The position numbers were made by a program, and so were the translations under genes. This document shows, one piece after another, positions 19,348 through 30,329 of a stretch of DNA of 64,000 bases. The stretch's first letter is position 1. Each line of letters starts with the position of its first letter. The stretch is from Ostreococcus lucimarinus (taxonomy: Eukaryota), in assembly GCA_000092065.1 (NCBI GenBank), contig CP000585.1, one strand, 5' to 3'. Under the pieces are notes generated by a model. That model made no database searches, was not told where the DNA came from, and was given only the letters and a program-made list of their open reading frames with translations.

Positions 19348-22300
19348 ATGCTGGCGCACATCGCGAAAACCGTGAGCGACACGGTGCAGAAAACCACGCG
19401 CGCGCGCGCGTGCGAGCGTTTAAAGCCGTCCGGGACGCTCGCGCTCGACAAACAGACGGGCGCGGTTCGCGCGCTCGGAGTCGTCGACGAACGCCTGCTC
19501 GGCGCGTGCGATGACGGCGGACTGCGTTGTTGGAGCACCACGTCGGGGGCGCTGACGTCGCAAGCGCGCGCGCACGCGGGCGCGGTGACGGCGATGGTGA
19601 CGTCGAAGGATGGGACGCGCGTGACGAGCGCCAGCGAGCGCGGCGACGCGGCGACGCGAGACGCGCGCACGGGCGTCGTGACGATGGAACTCGAAAATGG
19701 CGTCGATGCCGTTGCGCTGTGGTGCCTCGGGATGTTGACGAGCGGAGAGTTGGTGGGAGGGGACGACGTGGGGAGGATTTTCGTGTGGGAGGACGGCGAA
19801 CGGTTTCCAATTTGGCGATTCGCGTCGACGGCCGAGTCGGCGCCGATGCCTGGGAAGGCAAAACGTCTGAAGCCTTCGGAAGGGCCGCCTGATCGCGTGC
19901 ACGCGGTGTCGGGGTGGGTGCATCGTTCGACGGGGAAGGAGTTCGTGGTGAGCGGGAACGGGCATGGGATTCTGAGTCTGTGGACGGTTCGCGTGGGCAA
20001 GCCGGTAGCGGAGTTCGGTCCTGACGACGGCGGGCATCGGGGCGCGATTCACACCGTGTGCGATAACGAAGGCGTGATCGTTACCGGTGGGGCGGATGGG
20101 CGCGTGTTGGCGTGGTACGTCAACGAAGAAGGTCAGCTTCTCGGTCCACCGGAGGAACTCAGCGTCCACGGACATCACACGGGCGCCGTGTTATGCGCGG
20201 CGAGCATCCGTCCCGGCTTTGTGTGCACGGGAGGCGTCGATGGACGCGCGTTGGTGTGGGATATCAAGGCGCGAGCAGTATTATTTGAGTGTCCGGGCAC
20301 GAAATCGGCGGGAGCTGTGCGGTCGCTCGCCTTCGATGGAAATGGTGTGCTTTACGTCGGATGCGCTCTGTCACAAATTTCACGATGGGAATTGCCGAGC
20401 GACGAGTTTCTCAGCTCTCGCAGTCGCGACGAGCTCCCCTTACTAACGCGTAACATGAGCAGCGAAAACATTAGTCAAGCTGTGCCACACTCGGTGAGCG
20501 CGCCGACCCCGAAGCGAGACGTCGCCGCGGAAGAATTGAGTCTCGCAGATACAATCAAGACGCTGGACGCCGTTCGCAAAGAGTGTGAGCGTTTACGAGA
20601 GTCAGACAGGAGTCGCGCATCGAAGGTTATAGGCCTTGAAAAGGAGCTCGTGACCGTGAACAAGTCGCTTGCTAACGTCGGAGAGGAAAATCAGCGACTC
20701 AGGGCCAAGGTAGATTCGATGGCGCCAACGCCGAGCGTTGCGCCGAAGGACGACGAAATCGAGGCGCTGCGCAAGAAGTGCGACAAGATGGAGAACATCG
20801 CTCGTAAGCAAAAGACGAAAATCGAAGAGCTGAAGGGCGAGTTACAATCGGCGGAAAGCTCGCGTGCCGAGGACCAAAAGCGCGCGACAGACGAGCTCGA
20901 GGCGTCGAACGAGAAGCTGGCAGGCCTGCATAAAGAGCTTGAAGAAGCGCTCGCGGGCGCTCAGGGTGAAGGTTTGAGCGTGGAGGACATGATGGCTGCA
21001 GCCGAGAAAGCTTTGCTGAGTCCAGAGCCTGCGACGAGTGAAGCATCCCAGGAAATGATGCGCGAGCTGCATAGCGTGCGGGAAGAATTGCAACTGTCTA
21101 AACAAGACGTCGCGAGTGCGGAGCAGACCATCGCAAAATTGCGCACGCAGCACGATGTGCTCACCGCACGCGCAAAGGAAATAGAGGAACAGAGCCAATC
21201 CCTTTCACAATCACAAGACGCAAAAGTGGCGACGTTACGTGAGGATGTGACATCCCTTCGCGAAAAACTCGGGTCAAAGGATGCGGAATTAGACGATTTG
21301 CGCAAGCAACTCGGCGAAGCGAAGAAGCGAGCCGAAGCGCTCGATAGGGAACGTCTCGAACTCACGGCGCAATGCGAAGAAACATCAAGGCACCATAAAG
21401 ACGTTGACGCATCAAACGCTGAGGTTACAAGAATGCGCGAAAAATTTGAAAACGCAGTCACGAAAGGCAAAGGATTCCAAGAAGAAGGCAAAAAGCTCCG
21501 CGCAGAGCTTGAGGCGAAACACGTGGAGCTGGCCCAAGCTCAGGATGTTTCGACTTCGATGCGGGCTCGCGTGACAGAGCTTATGGCGAGTTTAGACGCC
21601 GCAAACGAGAAAGTCACCGATGGGCTTCGGCTTCTTGCGCAGAAGGAGGAAGAAGTAGCCAGGAGTGCGTCGACATTGAAAACCGTCGAGAATGCGGCGA
21701 AAGAACTCAACACAGCGAAAGCGGAGACAGCCAAACTGCAGCAAAAGTTTGATAACGCGGTCAAGAAAGGAAAAGGATATCAAAGCGAGTGCGGTGCGCT
21801 CACCGCTCGGCTGAAAGAACGCGAGAGCGCGTTGTCGGCATCAAATGCGTCAAAGGCTCAGGTTGAATCACAGCTTGCCGCTGCTGTCGCAGAAATTGAG
21901 CTCGTGCGTTCCGAGCTCGAGACAAGACTTGACGACGTGCAGCGCAATTCCACAAAAGATACCGAAGAACTTAATTCATTGCGCGAGCGCTTGCACGACG
22001 CCGAGGCGCGCCTTCGTGCTGCAGAAGATACGAAGGGCTCCGCCATTGCGGAGCGCGAAGGTAAAATCTCTGCGCTGGAGAAGCAAATTAACGAGTCAGA
22101 TGCGAACTTTGAGCGGATGCGCACCGAACTAGCAGCGCGTGATGAGGAACGCGATCGACTTATATCGCAGATCAAATCGAGCGAAGCGGCCCAGGAGGAG
22201 CTTCAAAAGCTTCGCTCGAGCATCGAGTCATACGAGACGGAAATGGTGTCTCTCAAGACTGCGATAGACACGGCGAAGACAAAATTTGCCAATGCGGTTA

Positions 22301-23322
22301 AGAAAGGGAAAGGATTTCAAGAAGACGCTAATAAACTTCGTGATGAATTAGCCGCGAAAGATGCCGAGCTTGCACATGCCCGCGGCGAGTCAGCTTCGGT
22401 AGACACTCACCGCGCTGAGCTCGCGGCGAGTTTAGATGCTGCGAACGCGAAGATCTCAGATGGCCTTCGCCTTCTTGCGCAGAAGGAAAACGAAATCTCG
22501 GGTCTGGCGGCGGAGTTGAAAGCAGTCCAAAGTCGATGTACTACGCTCGAAGAGGATATCAGCAAGAGAGACGCCAAGAAGAACGATGAAATCGAGCAAG
22601 ATGTGCGGGGACAGCGGTGGCTCGAGGAGCAAGCACGCGCTGCGGCGGAGTCTCAAGTGAGAGATTTGGCGGAGGAGAACGAACGACTGAAGCAAGAAGT
22701 TGCGGCAGCAGCGGCTGCAGCGCAGGACGCGTGGCAAGTTGCGGCGAGCCACGGCGTGCGTCCTGGAGATTCTCGGCCTGTGAGCGAAGTGGGGTCCCCC
22801 GTTCGCGAAGGCTATGGTCATCGAGCACGCTCGCTCTATCAACAACCAACGTATCGAGGTGCCATGTCGATGGTGCACGAAAGGAACGACATGGTTGTAC
22901 CCAGAGAAGACTACGACCGCGTCAAGGAGCGATGTGTAAAATTGAAGAGAGATTTAGAGGCGGCGAAGCAGGCGGCAAAGGAAGCTGTGCAGCAAGTCAT
23001 CAACCGTTTGGAGCTGGAAGTGATGGCCAAAATTCATGCTGAATCTTCCGCGAAAGCCGCAGAAGCGGAATGTGATCGCGCGTGGGCGCACGCAAAAGAC
23101 GCGCTAGCTACGGCGCGCGAGATGCAAAAGCAACCGGCTCGTCAGCTAGCTGTCGCCGAAGCGTCAAGCGTCAAGCCACAGCCACCCCCGGGTACGCGCG
23201 CGGCGGTTGCGATGGAGCGTCAAAACGGTAACGGCGTGGTCGTCATTCGACAAGAACACTTAGCATCGATCGTCGCCGCGCTCCTCTCATTCATCATCGG
23301 AACGTGGTTTGCGAAATTCTAG
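19348..23322 (+). CDS. WD40-repeat N-terminus plus ~800-aa coiled-coil with C-terminal transmembrane tail anchor
   Basis: Begins at the first ATG after the patatin stop; the ORF-track start 18868 overlaps the patatin 3' end in another frame. WD-like blades at aa ~60-480. Long coiled coil containing three copies of KF(E/D/A)NAVKKGKG(F/Y)Q...LLAQKE. Final 20 aa are hydrophobic (IVAALLSFIIGTWFAKF). Confidence 0.6.
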   Translation: MLAHIAKTVSDTVQKTTRARACERLKPSGTLALDKQTGAVRALGVVDERLLGACDDGGLRCWSTTSGALTSQARAHAGAVTAMVTSKDGTRVTSASERGDAATRDARTGVVTMELENGVDAVALWCLGMLTSGELVGGDDVGRIFVWEDGERFPIWRFASTAESAPMPGKAKRLKPSEGPPDRVHAVSGWVHRSTGKEFVVSGNGHGILSLWTVRVGKPVAEFGPDDGGHRGAIHTVCDNEGVIVTGGADGRVLAWYVNEEGQLLGPPEELSVHGHHTGAVLCAASIRPGFVCTGGVDGRALVWDIKARAVLFECPGTKSAGAVRSLAFDGNGVLYVGCALSQISRWELPSDEFLSSRSRDELPLLTRNMSSENISQAVPHSVSAPTPKRDVAAEELSLADTIKTLDAVRKECERLRESDRSRASKVIGLEKELVTVNKSLANVGEENQRLRAKVDSMAPTPSVAPKDDEIEALRKKCDKMENIARKQKTKIEELKGELQSAESSRAEDQKRATDELEASNEKLAGLHKELEEALAGAQGEGLSVEDMMAAAEKALLSPEPATSEASQEMMRELHSVREELQLSKQDVASAEQTIAKLRTQHDVLTARAKEIEEQSQSLSQSQDAKVATLREDVTSLREKLGSKDAELDDLRKQLGEAKKRAEALDRERLELTAQCEETSRHHKDVDASNAEVTRMREKFENAVTKGKGFQEEGKKLRAELEAKHVELAQAQDVSTSMRARVTELMASLDAANEKVTDGLRLLAQKEEEVARSASTLKTVENAAKELNTAKAETAKLQQKFDNAVKKGKGYQSECGALTARLKERESALSASNASKAQVESQLAAAVAEIELVRSELETRLDDVQRNSTKDTEELNSLRERLHDAEARLRAAEDTKGSAIAEREGKISALEKQINESDANFERMRTELAARDEERDRLISQIKSSEAAQEELQKLRSSIESYETEMVSLKTAIDTAKTKFANAVKKGKGFQEDANKLRDELAAKDAELAHARGESASVDTHRAELAASLDAANAKISDGLRLLAQKENEISGLAAELKAVQSRCTTLEEDISKRDAKKNDEIEQDVRGQRWLEEQARAAAESQVRDLAEENERLKQEVAAAAAAAQDAWQVAASHGVRPGDSRPVSEVGSPVREGYGHRARSLYQQPTYRGAMSMVHERNDMVVPREDYDRVKERCVKLKRDLEAAKQAAKEAVQQVINRLELEVMAKIHAESSAKAAEAECDRAWAHAKDALATAREMQKQPARQLAVAEASSVKPQPPPGTRAAVAMERQNGNGVVVIRQEHLASIVAALLSFIIGTWFAKF

Positions 23323-23338
23323 AAGTTGCCATTAAATT

Positions 23339-24250
23339 CTACTTGCTGAAAATGTCTTTGATACCATCGAGGAGCGATACACCGCGCTTCGGTCCGTTGA
23401 ACGCATCGAAAATCTTTCCAACTGCACTTTGCGGCTCGAAACGCGCCATTATTCTCTCGAATCTTGGATCCTGCCGCAGAATAGAGATGTCCTCGTCCTT
23501 GCGTATAGCCGGGTACTCGTCGTATCCGCGTTCGAGTGCCGCATTCAACGACGCCAGCCCTTCGCTCACATTACCGAGTTTTGCGTGACAGCACGCCGTG
23601 TTGTATCGAATCGCAATTTCTTCTCCAGCACTCAGCTCTCTTGGTTTGAACCCGGCGCTCGGCCCCGCTGGGGCGACTACGGATTTCCGATACCGTACCG
23701 GTCCGCTTCCCGCGAGCGTCGCCGCGCGCGCAAACGTGGCCAACGCCTTCTCGTAGTCCCCAGCCGCGTACTCTCTCTGTCCATCCGTGATGCACTCCCC
23801 CGCCGTATTCGCCATTCTTTCCTTCTCTTGCTCTTCTCGCAGCGATGCGAACGCGGCGTCGTCAATCATCTGCGGCACCGTCGCCCCAGCCGCGCCCACG
23901 AGCGCCGCCAAATCCGCGTCGCTCAGCTCCTGCAGGTTCGCCACGCCCACGTCCTCCGTGGAGTCGAAATCCATCCCAGCGTCATCATCAGCGTTCGCGT
24001 TCCACGTCAGCGGGTCGTTGGCGTCGAAAGCGCGTCCACGGGCGACGACGGCCGGTCGACGGCGAGGATGACGACGGTTCGCGAGCGAAGACTTCAACGG
24101 TGCCGCGGGCGCGCGCGCGTCGATCACGGACGCGGCGTGCATATCCGGAACGTCGAGGTGTGAGTTGGGATGATCGAGCGAGCGTGGCGCGCGGCGTCGG
24201 GCGGTCGTGGGGAAGTGGCGTCGTCCAGAGGGGACTGGCGCTATCCACAA
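23339..24250 (-). CDS. TPR-like helical repeat protein with N-terminal targeting-like extension
   Basis: 303-aa ORF. The C-terminal half has TPR-like helices (YEKALATFARAATLA..., AIRYNTACCHAKLGNVSEGLASLNAALERGYDEY). Family not determined. Confidence 0.4.
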   Translation of the reverse strand: MWIAPVPSGRRHFPTTARRRAPRSLDHPNSHLDVPDMHAASVIDARAPAAPLKSSLANRRHPRRRPAVVARGRAFDANDPLTWNANADDDAGMDFDSTEDVGVANLQELSDADLAALVGAAGATVPQMIDDAAFASLREEQEKERMANTAGECITDGQREYAAGDYEKALATFARAATLAGSGPVRYRKSVVAPAGPSAGFKPRELSAGEEIAIRYNTACCHAKLGNVSEGLASLNAALERGYDEYPAIRKDEDISILRQDPRFERIMARFEPQSAVGKIFDAFNGPKRGVSLLDGIKDIFSK

Positions 24251-24453
24251 CGTCGAGGTCGCCGACGGCTGGCGAGGTGCAACGTGCTTGATGCGTGATG
24301 TTGTTAGAGAAAAATTGCTGTTGTGTCAAATTGAAGCGCCAGTTCTATTCTAAACAATATATGAATGAATGGTTAACGTTGTGATTGGGTTGCAGTGAGC
24401 ACTTGTCCGGAGCTCGGTAAGATACACGGGAAGCTTTAGTTTTAAGCGATCCT

Positions 24454-26823
24454 TTATTCGGACCAGCCGCCCCAGCTGGAGCCGCCGGATCGAGCGGGCG
24501 CACGATCGCGACCACCGCCACCGCCGCCGTAGCCATCACCGCCGTAATCGCGTCTTGGGGGACGATCGTTGTAATCGCGTCTCGGCGGACGATCGCCGAA
24601 GTCGCGCCGGGGGCGGTCGCCTCCTCCTCCGTCTCGACGTTCGTAGCCGCCCTCGCTTCGGCCGCGGTAGCCTCCCCCGCCATCACGATCGCGGCCACGG
24701 AAACCGCCGTCACGGTCACCTCCATAGCCCCGTCCGCCGCCACGGCCACGGCGCTCAAAGCCACCGCCGCCGCCCCGACCTCGGCCGCCGCCTCGGCCAT
24801 AGCCTCGGCCGCCGCCTCGGCCGCGTCGACCGCCGAACCCAGAGCGTTCTCGCGTTTGTTCAGCCATGAGATCAGGAAGTATCGTACAGACGCTCAGATC
24901 GAAACCATTCAAGTCCGTGACGGTTTCAAGATCCTTCATGTACGCGGCATCGATGTCGAAGCACAATCCGTTCTTGCTCTCCATGAAACGAATCTTGCCG
25001 CATCCATCCGCGAGCTTGCGGTCGATTTCAGTCAAAGCGCGAAGCAAGTCGCCCGCTCGGATCGCAGGCTCACTTCCTTCGCGGTCCAGAACCATATACG
25101 TGCACGAATTGGGCGCACCGGTGAGGAGCGATCGCGGAGGCGGCGCCTCCGTCTGCCCGCTGATGGCGGCCAGAGCGGCGGCCAGAAGCTTGGTGACTTC
25201 CTCGTCGGTGTCCGCCGGCAGCAGGCGAGCAGCGGCGGGAGAGAAATAAGGTAACAGTTCATCGTCCACTTTCGTGAGGACGTTAGAAGCGGTAACAGCG
25301 CAGGCGTCCATGACCTCCGTCGACGACGGAATGCCGATGGTGCGGAATTCGCATCCAGTTTCCTTTTTGATGCGACGAATCATGTAGGATTCGCGATCGG
25401 TGTGCATCGCGATCGCGGCACCGAGTTGTCCAGCGCGGCCGGTACGACCGCATCGATGCACGAACGATTCGACGTCGTTCGGGAGCTCGTAGTGAATGAC
25501 CAAGTCGACGTCGGAAATGTCCAAGCCGCGAGCGGCGACGTCGGTGGCAATGAGCACGCTGAAGCGGTTGTCACGGAATCGCTGGAGGGTGCGCTCGCGC
25601 TGCGCTTGAGCGATGTCGCCGTGGAGAACTTCAGATGCCACGCGACGACCGAGCGCGGCGGTGAGTTCATCGGCCGCGCGCTTGGTTTGCGTGAAGCAAA
25701 TAGCCTTCTTATCCTTGGCGTACACGGTGACGAGGTCCATGACGATGGAGGTTCGGTTCGCGTGCGACACGGCGCACGACATCAAATCAATCGTGTCCGC
25801 GACTTTTTGCTTGGAGTCACCGACCAAATCAACCACGACGTGCCCGGGTTTCAAGAACTTCTTCGTGATTTGCTTCACCCAGCTCGGCATCGTCGCCGAG
25901 AACAAAAACGTTTGGCGGCTCTCCGGGCAGTCTTGCAGAATCGCCTCCACGTCTTCCTCGAACCCGACGTTCAACATCTGATCCGCCTCGTCGAGCACCA
26001 CAAATTCGATTTCGCCCAAATCCAAGCTTCGTCTGTTCATCAAATCCTGCACCCGACCCGGGGTACCGACGACGATGTCGACCCCTCGACGAAGTTTACC
26101 CTCTTGCTGACCGATGGGCGTCCCCCCGTACACGCACACCGTCTCCAACGACGGCGCGGTGATGCAAATTTCGTTCTCAACCTGCTTCGCCAGCTCTCGC
26201 GTCGGCGCCAACACGATGCATTTCGGATTTCTCGACCGTCCGCTCGTTCCATCCGTCAACAATCGCTCAATCACCGGCAGCGCGAACGCTAGCGTCTTCC
26301 CCGTCCCCGTTCTCGCCCTTCCCACGACGTCCTCTCCCGACAGCGCCGGTTTCAGCACCGCCTGCTGTATCGGAAACAGCGTGTCCACGCCTCGTTTTCT
26401 CAGCGCCGCCACCGTGATCGCCGACATTCCGAAATTCCCCACGTCCATCGGGTCCGCGTCCGCCTTCACCTTTATCACGACCTCGTCCTCGTCCGCGACG
26501 TACCCCTCCTCCAGCGCGCTCTCGCGCTCGTCCGGCGCGTACCGCCCCGCGAACGCGTCGTCGTCGTCCGCATCGTCCTCGTCGTCGTCGCCGAACGCGC
26601 CGTCGATCTTCGCGAGCAATCGCGCGTCGTCGCCGTCGTCGTCGGCGGCGAATCCCGCCGCCGCCGCCGCCGCCGGTCGCGCCGTCGTCGACGCGCGATG
26701 GCGACGCGCGACGGCGGCGGGACGGCGCGCGAGCGCGTCGGCGCGCCGCGGGATCGCGCGCGCGTTCGCGGGGCGCGCGGCGGCGCGCGCGAGCGTCGCG
26801 AAGGCGACGGCAAAGGACGCCAT
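24454..26823 (-). CDS. DEAD-box ATP-dependent RNA helicase with C-terminal GUCT domain and RGG/GYGG tail (plant RH3/RH7 or DDX21-like); probable organellar presequence
   Basis: Q-motif/motif I (RARTGTGKTLAF), PTRELA, DEAD (VVLDEADQM), SAT, HRCGRTGRAG. C-terminal RGG-rich low complexity. Start set at internal Met MASFAVAFATLARAAAR (26823), because the upstream ORF part overlaps the next gene and is Arg/Pro-rich. Confidence 0.8.
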   Translation of the reverse strand: MASFAVAFATLARAAARPANARAIPRRADALARRPAAVARRHRASTTARPAAAAAAGFAADDDGDDARLLAKIDGAFGDDDEDDADDDDAFAGRYAPDERESALEEGYVADEDEVVIKVKADADPMDVGNFGMSAITVAALRKRGVDTLFPIQQAVLKPALSGEDVVGRARTGTGKTLAFALPVIERLLTDGTSGRSRNPKCIVLAPTRELAKQVENEICITAPSLETVCVYGGTPIGQQEGKLRRGVDIVVGTPGRVQDLMNRRSLDLGEIEFVVLDEADQMLNVGFEEDVEAILQDCPESRQTFLFSATMPSWVKQITKKFLKPGHVVVDLVGDSKQKVADTIDLMSCAVSHANRTSIVMDLVTVYAKDKKAICFTQTKRAADELTAALGRRVASEVLHGDIAQAQRERTLQRFRDNRFSVLIATDVAARGLDISDVDLVIHYELPNDVESFVHRCGRTGRAGQLGAAIAMHTDRESYMIRRIKKETGCEFRTIGIPSSTEVMDACAVTASNVLTKVDDELLPYFSPAAARLLPADTDEEVTKLLAAALAAISGQTEAPPPRSLLTGAPNSCTYMVLDREGSEPAIRAGDLLRALTEIDRKLADGCGKIRFMESKNGLCFDIDAAYMKDLETVTDLNGFDLSVCTILPDLMAEQTRERSGFGGRRGRGGGRGYGRGGGRGRGGGGGFERRGRGGGRGYGGDRDGGFRGRDRDGGGGYRGRSEGGYERRDGGGGDRPRRDFGDRPPRRDYNDRPPRRDYGGDGYGGGGGGRDRAPARSGGSSWGGWSE

Positions 26824-26903
26824 TCGCGCGAATGCGTCGGCGTGTGCGGCGAGGGGCTCTTGACATTTGACGCCGAGACGCGAGACGCGAAGAAGGAATA
26901 CAG

Positions 26904-28094
26904 TTACACGCCGAGACGGGCGCGAAGCTCGCGAAGGGCGGCGTCGACGTCGACGTCCATGGCGACGGAGACGCGCGGACGGTCGGACCAGGCGTTGCGG
27001 AAGAGCCAGGCGCGGCGAGCGTCGAGGAAGACGGCGCCGCGGGCGCAGTCGCGGGCGAGCGCGACGCGGACGGCGCCGCGGCGGAAAGTGAAGACGGCAT
27101 CGCGGACGTGAGGGAGGGCTAAGAGCAGAGCGGTGGGATCGTGGACGTAGATGCCGTCGAAGTCGGCGACGCGGAGGTGATACGCCTTGTAGAATTGGGT
27201 GGCGTCGTGAAGAAAGGCGCGGAGGAGGTTGGAGCATCGACGCGGCGGCGAGACGGCGTCGGCGTCGCGGAGAACGGTTTCCAAACGCTCGATCTCGGCG
27301 CCAGAAAGACGCACTCGAGTCGTCACGTCGAGACCTACGACGAAGGTGCGCTCGAACGCGCCGAAAACCTCATCCGCGGCCTCGGGGTCGCCTAAAATAT
27401 TCGCCTCCGCCGCCGGATTTACGTTGCCGTTTACCTCAAACGCGCCTCCGAGCACGACGAGCTCACCCATGGTTTCCGAGCACTCGGGATGCCGCCGAAA
27501 CGTCAGCGCTATGTTTGTCAACGGCGCGAGCGCCAGCACCGTCACCTCGCCCGGGTACTTGGCGCACATCTCCGCTATAAAATCCGCCGCCTCTCGCCCC
27601 GCTCGGTGTTCCACCGCGCTCTCCTCGGGCCGCGTCTCGTACGCGCCGCGCACGCCCCCGAACCCGTCTTCGCCGTGCACGAAATCCGCGACCAACACCG
27701 CGGAATCGTCCGCCGTGGACGCGCCCGCGCCCGATCGGTCGTCCTCGTCGAGCGCCGCCAGCGGCGCGCGCGCGCCGTCGACCACCGGCAACCGCGCGCC
27801 GGCTTCGCGCCTCCACGACCCGGCGAGCGCGCACATCTCGACGAGCGTGCGCGCGTTTCGCGTCGCGTCGTCGCGCCGAACGTTGCCGAAGACGGTGGTG
27901 AGGCCGAGGACTTCGACCTCGGTCGACATCGTTTCGAGCGCGAGCGCGATGGCGAAGGCGTCGTCGACGCCGGGATCGGTGTCGATGATGAGCTTGCGCG
28001 GCGGCGGCGACGCCGGCGTCGACGCGGGAGACGCCGTCCGCGTCGAGGAGGCGTCGACGGGCGCGTTAGTGTGTGTCGTCGCGGGAGACGACAT
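26904..28094 (-). CDS. Inosine-uridine preferring nucleoside hydrolase (IUNH family)
   Basis: N-terminal aspartate cluster LIIDTDPGVDDAFAIALAL, typical of the IU-nucleoside hydrolase fold. 396 aa. Only 80 nt separates its stop from the helicase start on the same strand. Confidence 0.75.
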   Translation of the reverse strand: MSSPATTHTNAPVDASSTRTASPASTPASPPPRKLIIDTDPGVDDAFAIALALETMSTEVEVLGLTTVFGNVRRDDATRNARTLVEMCALAGSWRREAGARLPVVDGARAPLAALDEDDRSGAGASTADDSAVLVADFVHGEDGFGGVRGAYETRPEESAVEHRAGREAADFIAEMCAKYPGEVTVLALAPLTNIALTFRRHPECSETMGELVVLGGAFEVNGNVNPAAEANILGDPEAADEVFGAFERTFVVGLDVTTRVRLSGAEIERLETVLRDADAVSPPRRCSNLLRAFLHDATQFYKAYHLRVADFDGIYVHDPTALLLALPHVRDAVFTFRRGAVRVALARDCARGAVFLDARRAWLFRNAWSDRPRVSVAMDVDVDAALRELRARLGV

Positions 28095-28350
28095 CCGCGT
28101 CGAGGAGGCGTCGACGCGCGCGTCGATGAGTGTCGTCGCGCCTACGGCGAAGACAGTTGACCTCGAGCGCGCGCGCGAAGGAGAGAGGGAGACGCGCGCG
28201 CGTCGTTCGAGCCGAGCGCGGACGCGAGACGCGAATCGTTGAATGATGCGTGGCGCGTAGGCACGCGCTCACGCGCTAACGGTGCGATTTCGACGCGATT
28301 GTCGTTCTACTTGCGCTACGTTTGTTGCTCGGGACTGGGCAGCCTGGAAG

Positions 28351-29315
28351 TCATCGCTCGTCCTCGTCTTCGTCGTCTTCGTCCCAGAAATCCTTGATGG
28401 CGCGGATCGTGGATTGTAACTTGGGTTTGTTCACGAGTTTGCGTCGCAGACCGTAGCCACCGTCGGTCTCCATGACGAGATTAGGTCCGGTTAAGAAGGC
28501 CAACGCGGCGCCGCCGACGAGTCCGCCGGCGTGCCCCCAATTGTCTATTCGTCTACTCGTGAGACCGAAACCCATGTTCACCGCCAACGCCGTGCCGAGT
28601 TGTTGCAGCTGCATGTCCGCGCGCTCGCCTAAATATCGCTTGTGGCGCTGCAAGTACACCGCCAACGCGCCGGCCAAGCCGAAGACGGCGCCGCTCGCGC
28701 CGACGCTATTCGACGCGCAAAACCGATAACTCGCGTAATTTCCAGCCACGCCCGCGCCGAAATACACCGCTAAAAACTGTTCGCGCCCGAACGTCGCCTC
28801 CATGAGCGGTCCGATGCTGTTCAACGAGTACATATTCACCATCAAGTGCGGCAGCCCGCCGTGCAAAAAAATCGGCGTCGCCAACCGCCACAGCTGCCCC
28901 GCGGCGATCCGTTCGTTCACCTTCGCCCCGAGCGCGGTGATCGCCTGTCCGCTCAAAATCTGTAACGCGAACGCGCTCGCCGTGCCGATCATGATGGCGT
29001 TCGTGCACGCGCGATCGGGATCGTCGAACACGCCGCGCGCCGCCGCGCGGCGTCCGCCCTCGCGTCGTCGCCCCCCTCCTCGCGCCCCGTCCGCGCGCTC
29101 GCCCGGGCCCGCGAGCGCCGCGCCGAGCGCGACCGCGTTCGCCGCCTTCCCGACCATCGGCGCCGCGCGTCGCGCGCCGTCGCGCACCGCCCGCGCCGTC
29201 GCCGTCGCGTCCTCGCGCGCGCGTCGCCGTCGTCGTCGTCGCGCGTCGCGCGTCGCGTCGTCGCCGCGATCGAACGCGCCGAGCCCGCGACCGAGCGCGA
29301 CGAAGCGCGTCATCT

Positions 29316-29346
<31 letters not shown>

Positions 29347-29565
29347 TCCGCCGGCGCGGCGTCGGCGTGTGCGGCGGACGACGCGCGTCGTCAGAGCGAC
29401 GCGCGCGATGGCGACGGCGACGCGCGCGACGGCGTCGATCGCGTCGAGCGCGCGCGCGCGCGTTCGAGCGCGGCGGACGACGACGACGACGCGCGCGCGC
29501 GACGACGACGCGGACGCGGGACTGAAGGCGGCGTGGTACGGCGCGGAAGCGTTCGGCAATCTCAT
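28351..29565 (-). CDS. Rhomboid-family intramembrane serine protease (long N-terminal extension; true start may be internal, e.g. Met near 29313 or 29157)
   Basis: Catalytic GxSG in TM4 (GASGAVFGLAGA) and His in TM6 (NWGHAGGLVGGAALAF), with six predicted TM helices. The first ~130 codons of the ORF are Arg/Ala-rich and may be UTR. Confidence 0.7.
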
Positions 29566-30262
29566 CGGCGCGACGCGCGCGACGACGACGCACGGGACGA
29601 CGACGACGACGACGGCGATGACGCGCGAGGGCGCGCTCGAGTCGATTCGCGCGGATTACGCCGAGGAGTACTTCGTGAGCGGGCGAGGCGAGATGGCGGC
29701 GTACGCGGGCGACTGCGAGTTCGCCGATCCGTTCGTGTCGTTCCGAGGTTTGGATAGATTTCGCGCGAACGTGGCGAACTTGGGAGGGATGATGCGGGAG
29801 GTTGATCTGCAGATTAAGTCGTTCGAGGAGACGGAGGACGGGGTGCAGACGGAGTGGAGGTTTTCTTGCGTTTTAGACTTACCCTGGAGGCCGATGCTCG
29901 CGGCGAGCGGGGGCACGACGCACGTGTTAAACGACGAGAATCGGGTGGTTCGGCACTACGAGCGGTGGGACGTCGATCCGAAGAAGGTGTTGGGGCAGCT
30001 CTTGAAGCCGGCGTCGAAGATTCCGGAGAACCAGGCGGAGGTGTTCATGGCGTCGGCGGGGTCGGGGGACGTCGTCGGCGCGTTGGGCGCCGTCGCGCCG
30101 GTGCTGCTTCGCGCGAGCGCGCCGCTGTGGTTGACGTCGGCGGCGCTGCGCGCGGGGACGCACACGGAATCGACTGGGATCGAGGGTTTCTTCGGTTGGC
30201 TTTTCGCGTTGGCTTGCGTGAGCCAAGTCGCCAAGTTCTTGCGCGGCATCGGAATTTCTTAA
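29408..30262 (+). CDS. SnoaL-like/NTF2-like domain protein (DUF2358-like), probable plastid-targeted
   Basis: The conserved C-terminal ~150 aa (YAEEYFVSGRGEMAAYAGDCEFADPFVSFRGLDRFRANV...ERWDVDPKKVLGQLLKP) resembles plant/cyanobacterial DUF2358. Start chosen at internal Met MATATRATAS; the upstream ORF part is antisense to the rhomboid gene. Confidence 0.4.
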   Translation: MATATRATASIASSARARVRARRTTTTTRARDDDADAGLKAAWYGAEAFGNLIGATRATTTHGTTTTTTAMTREGALESIRADYAEEYFVSGRGEMAAYAGDCEFADPFVSFRGLDRFRANVANLGGMMREVDLQIKSFEETEDGVQTEWRFSCVLDLPWRPMLAASGGTTHVLNDENRVVRHYERWDVDPKKVLGQLLKPASKIPENQAEVFMASAGSGDVVGALGAVAPVLLRASAPLWLTSAALRAGTHTESTGIEGFFGWLFALACVSQVAKFLRGIGIS

Positions 30263-30329
30263 ACGCGTGAATCTATCCGTCTATTAGTTCTTACATGTGG
30301 ATTGTTTTGTAGTGCTACGTATCGCTGAC

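Noticed and set aside
24454-27237. Full 927-aa extent of the helicase ORF
   Set aside because: The first 138 codons (RRRLRRHLRPRS...) overlap the nucleoside hydrolase gene in another frame and are Arg/Pro-rich. Trimmed to the Met at 26823.
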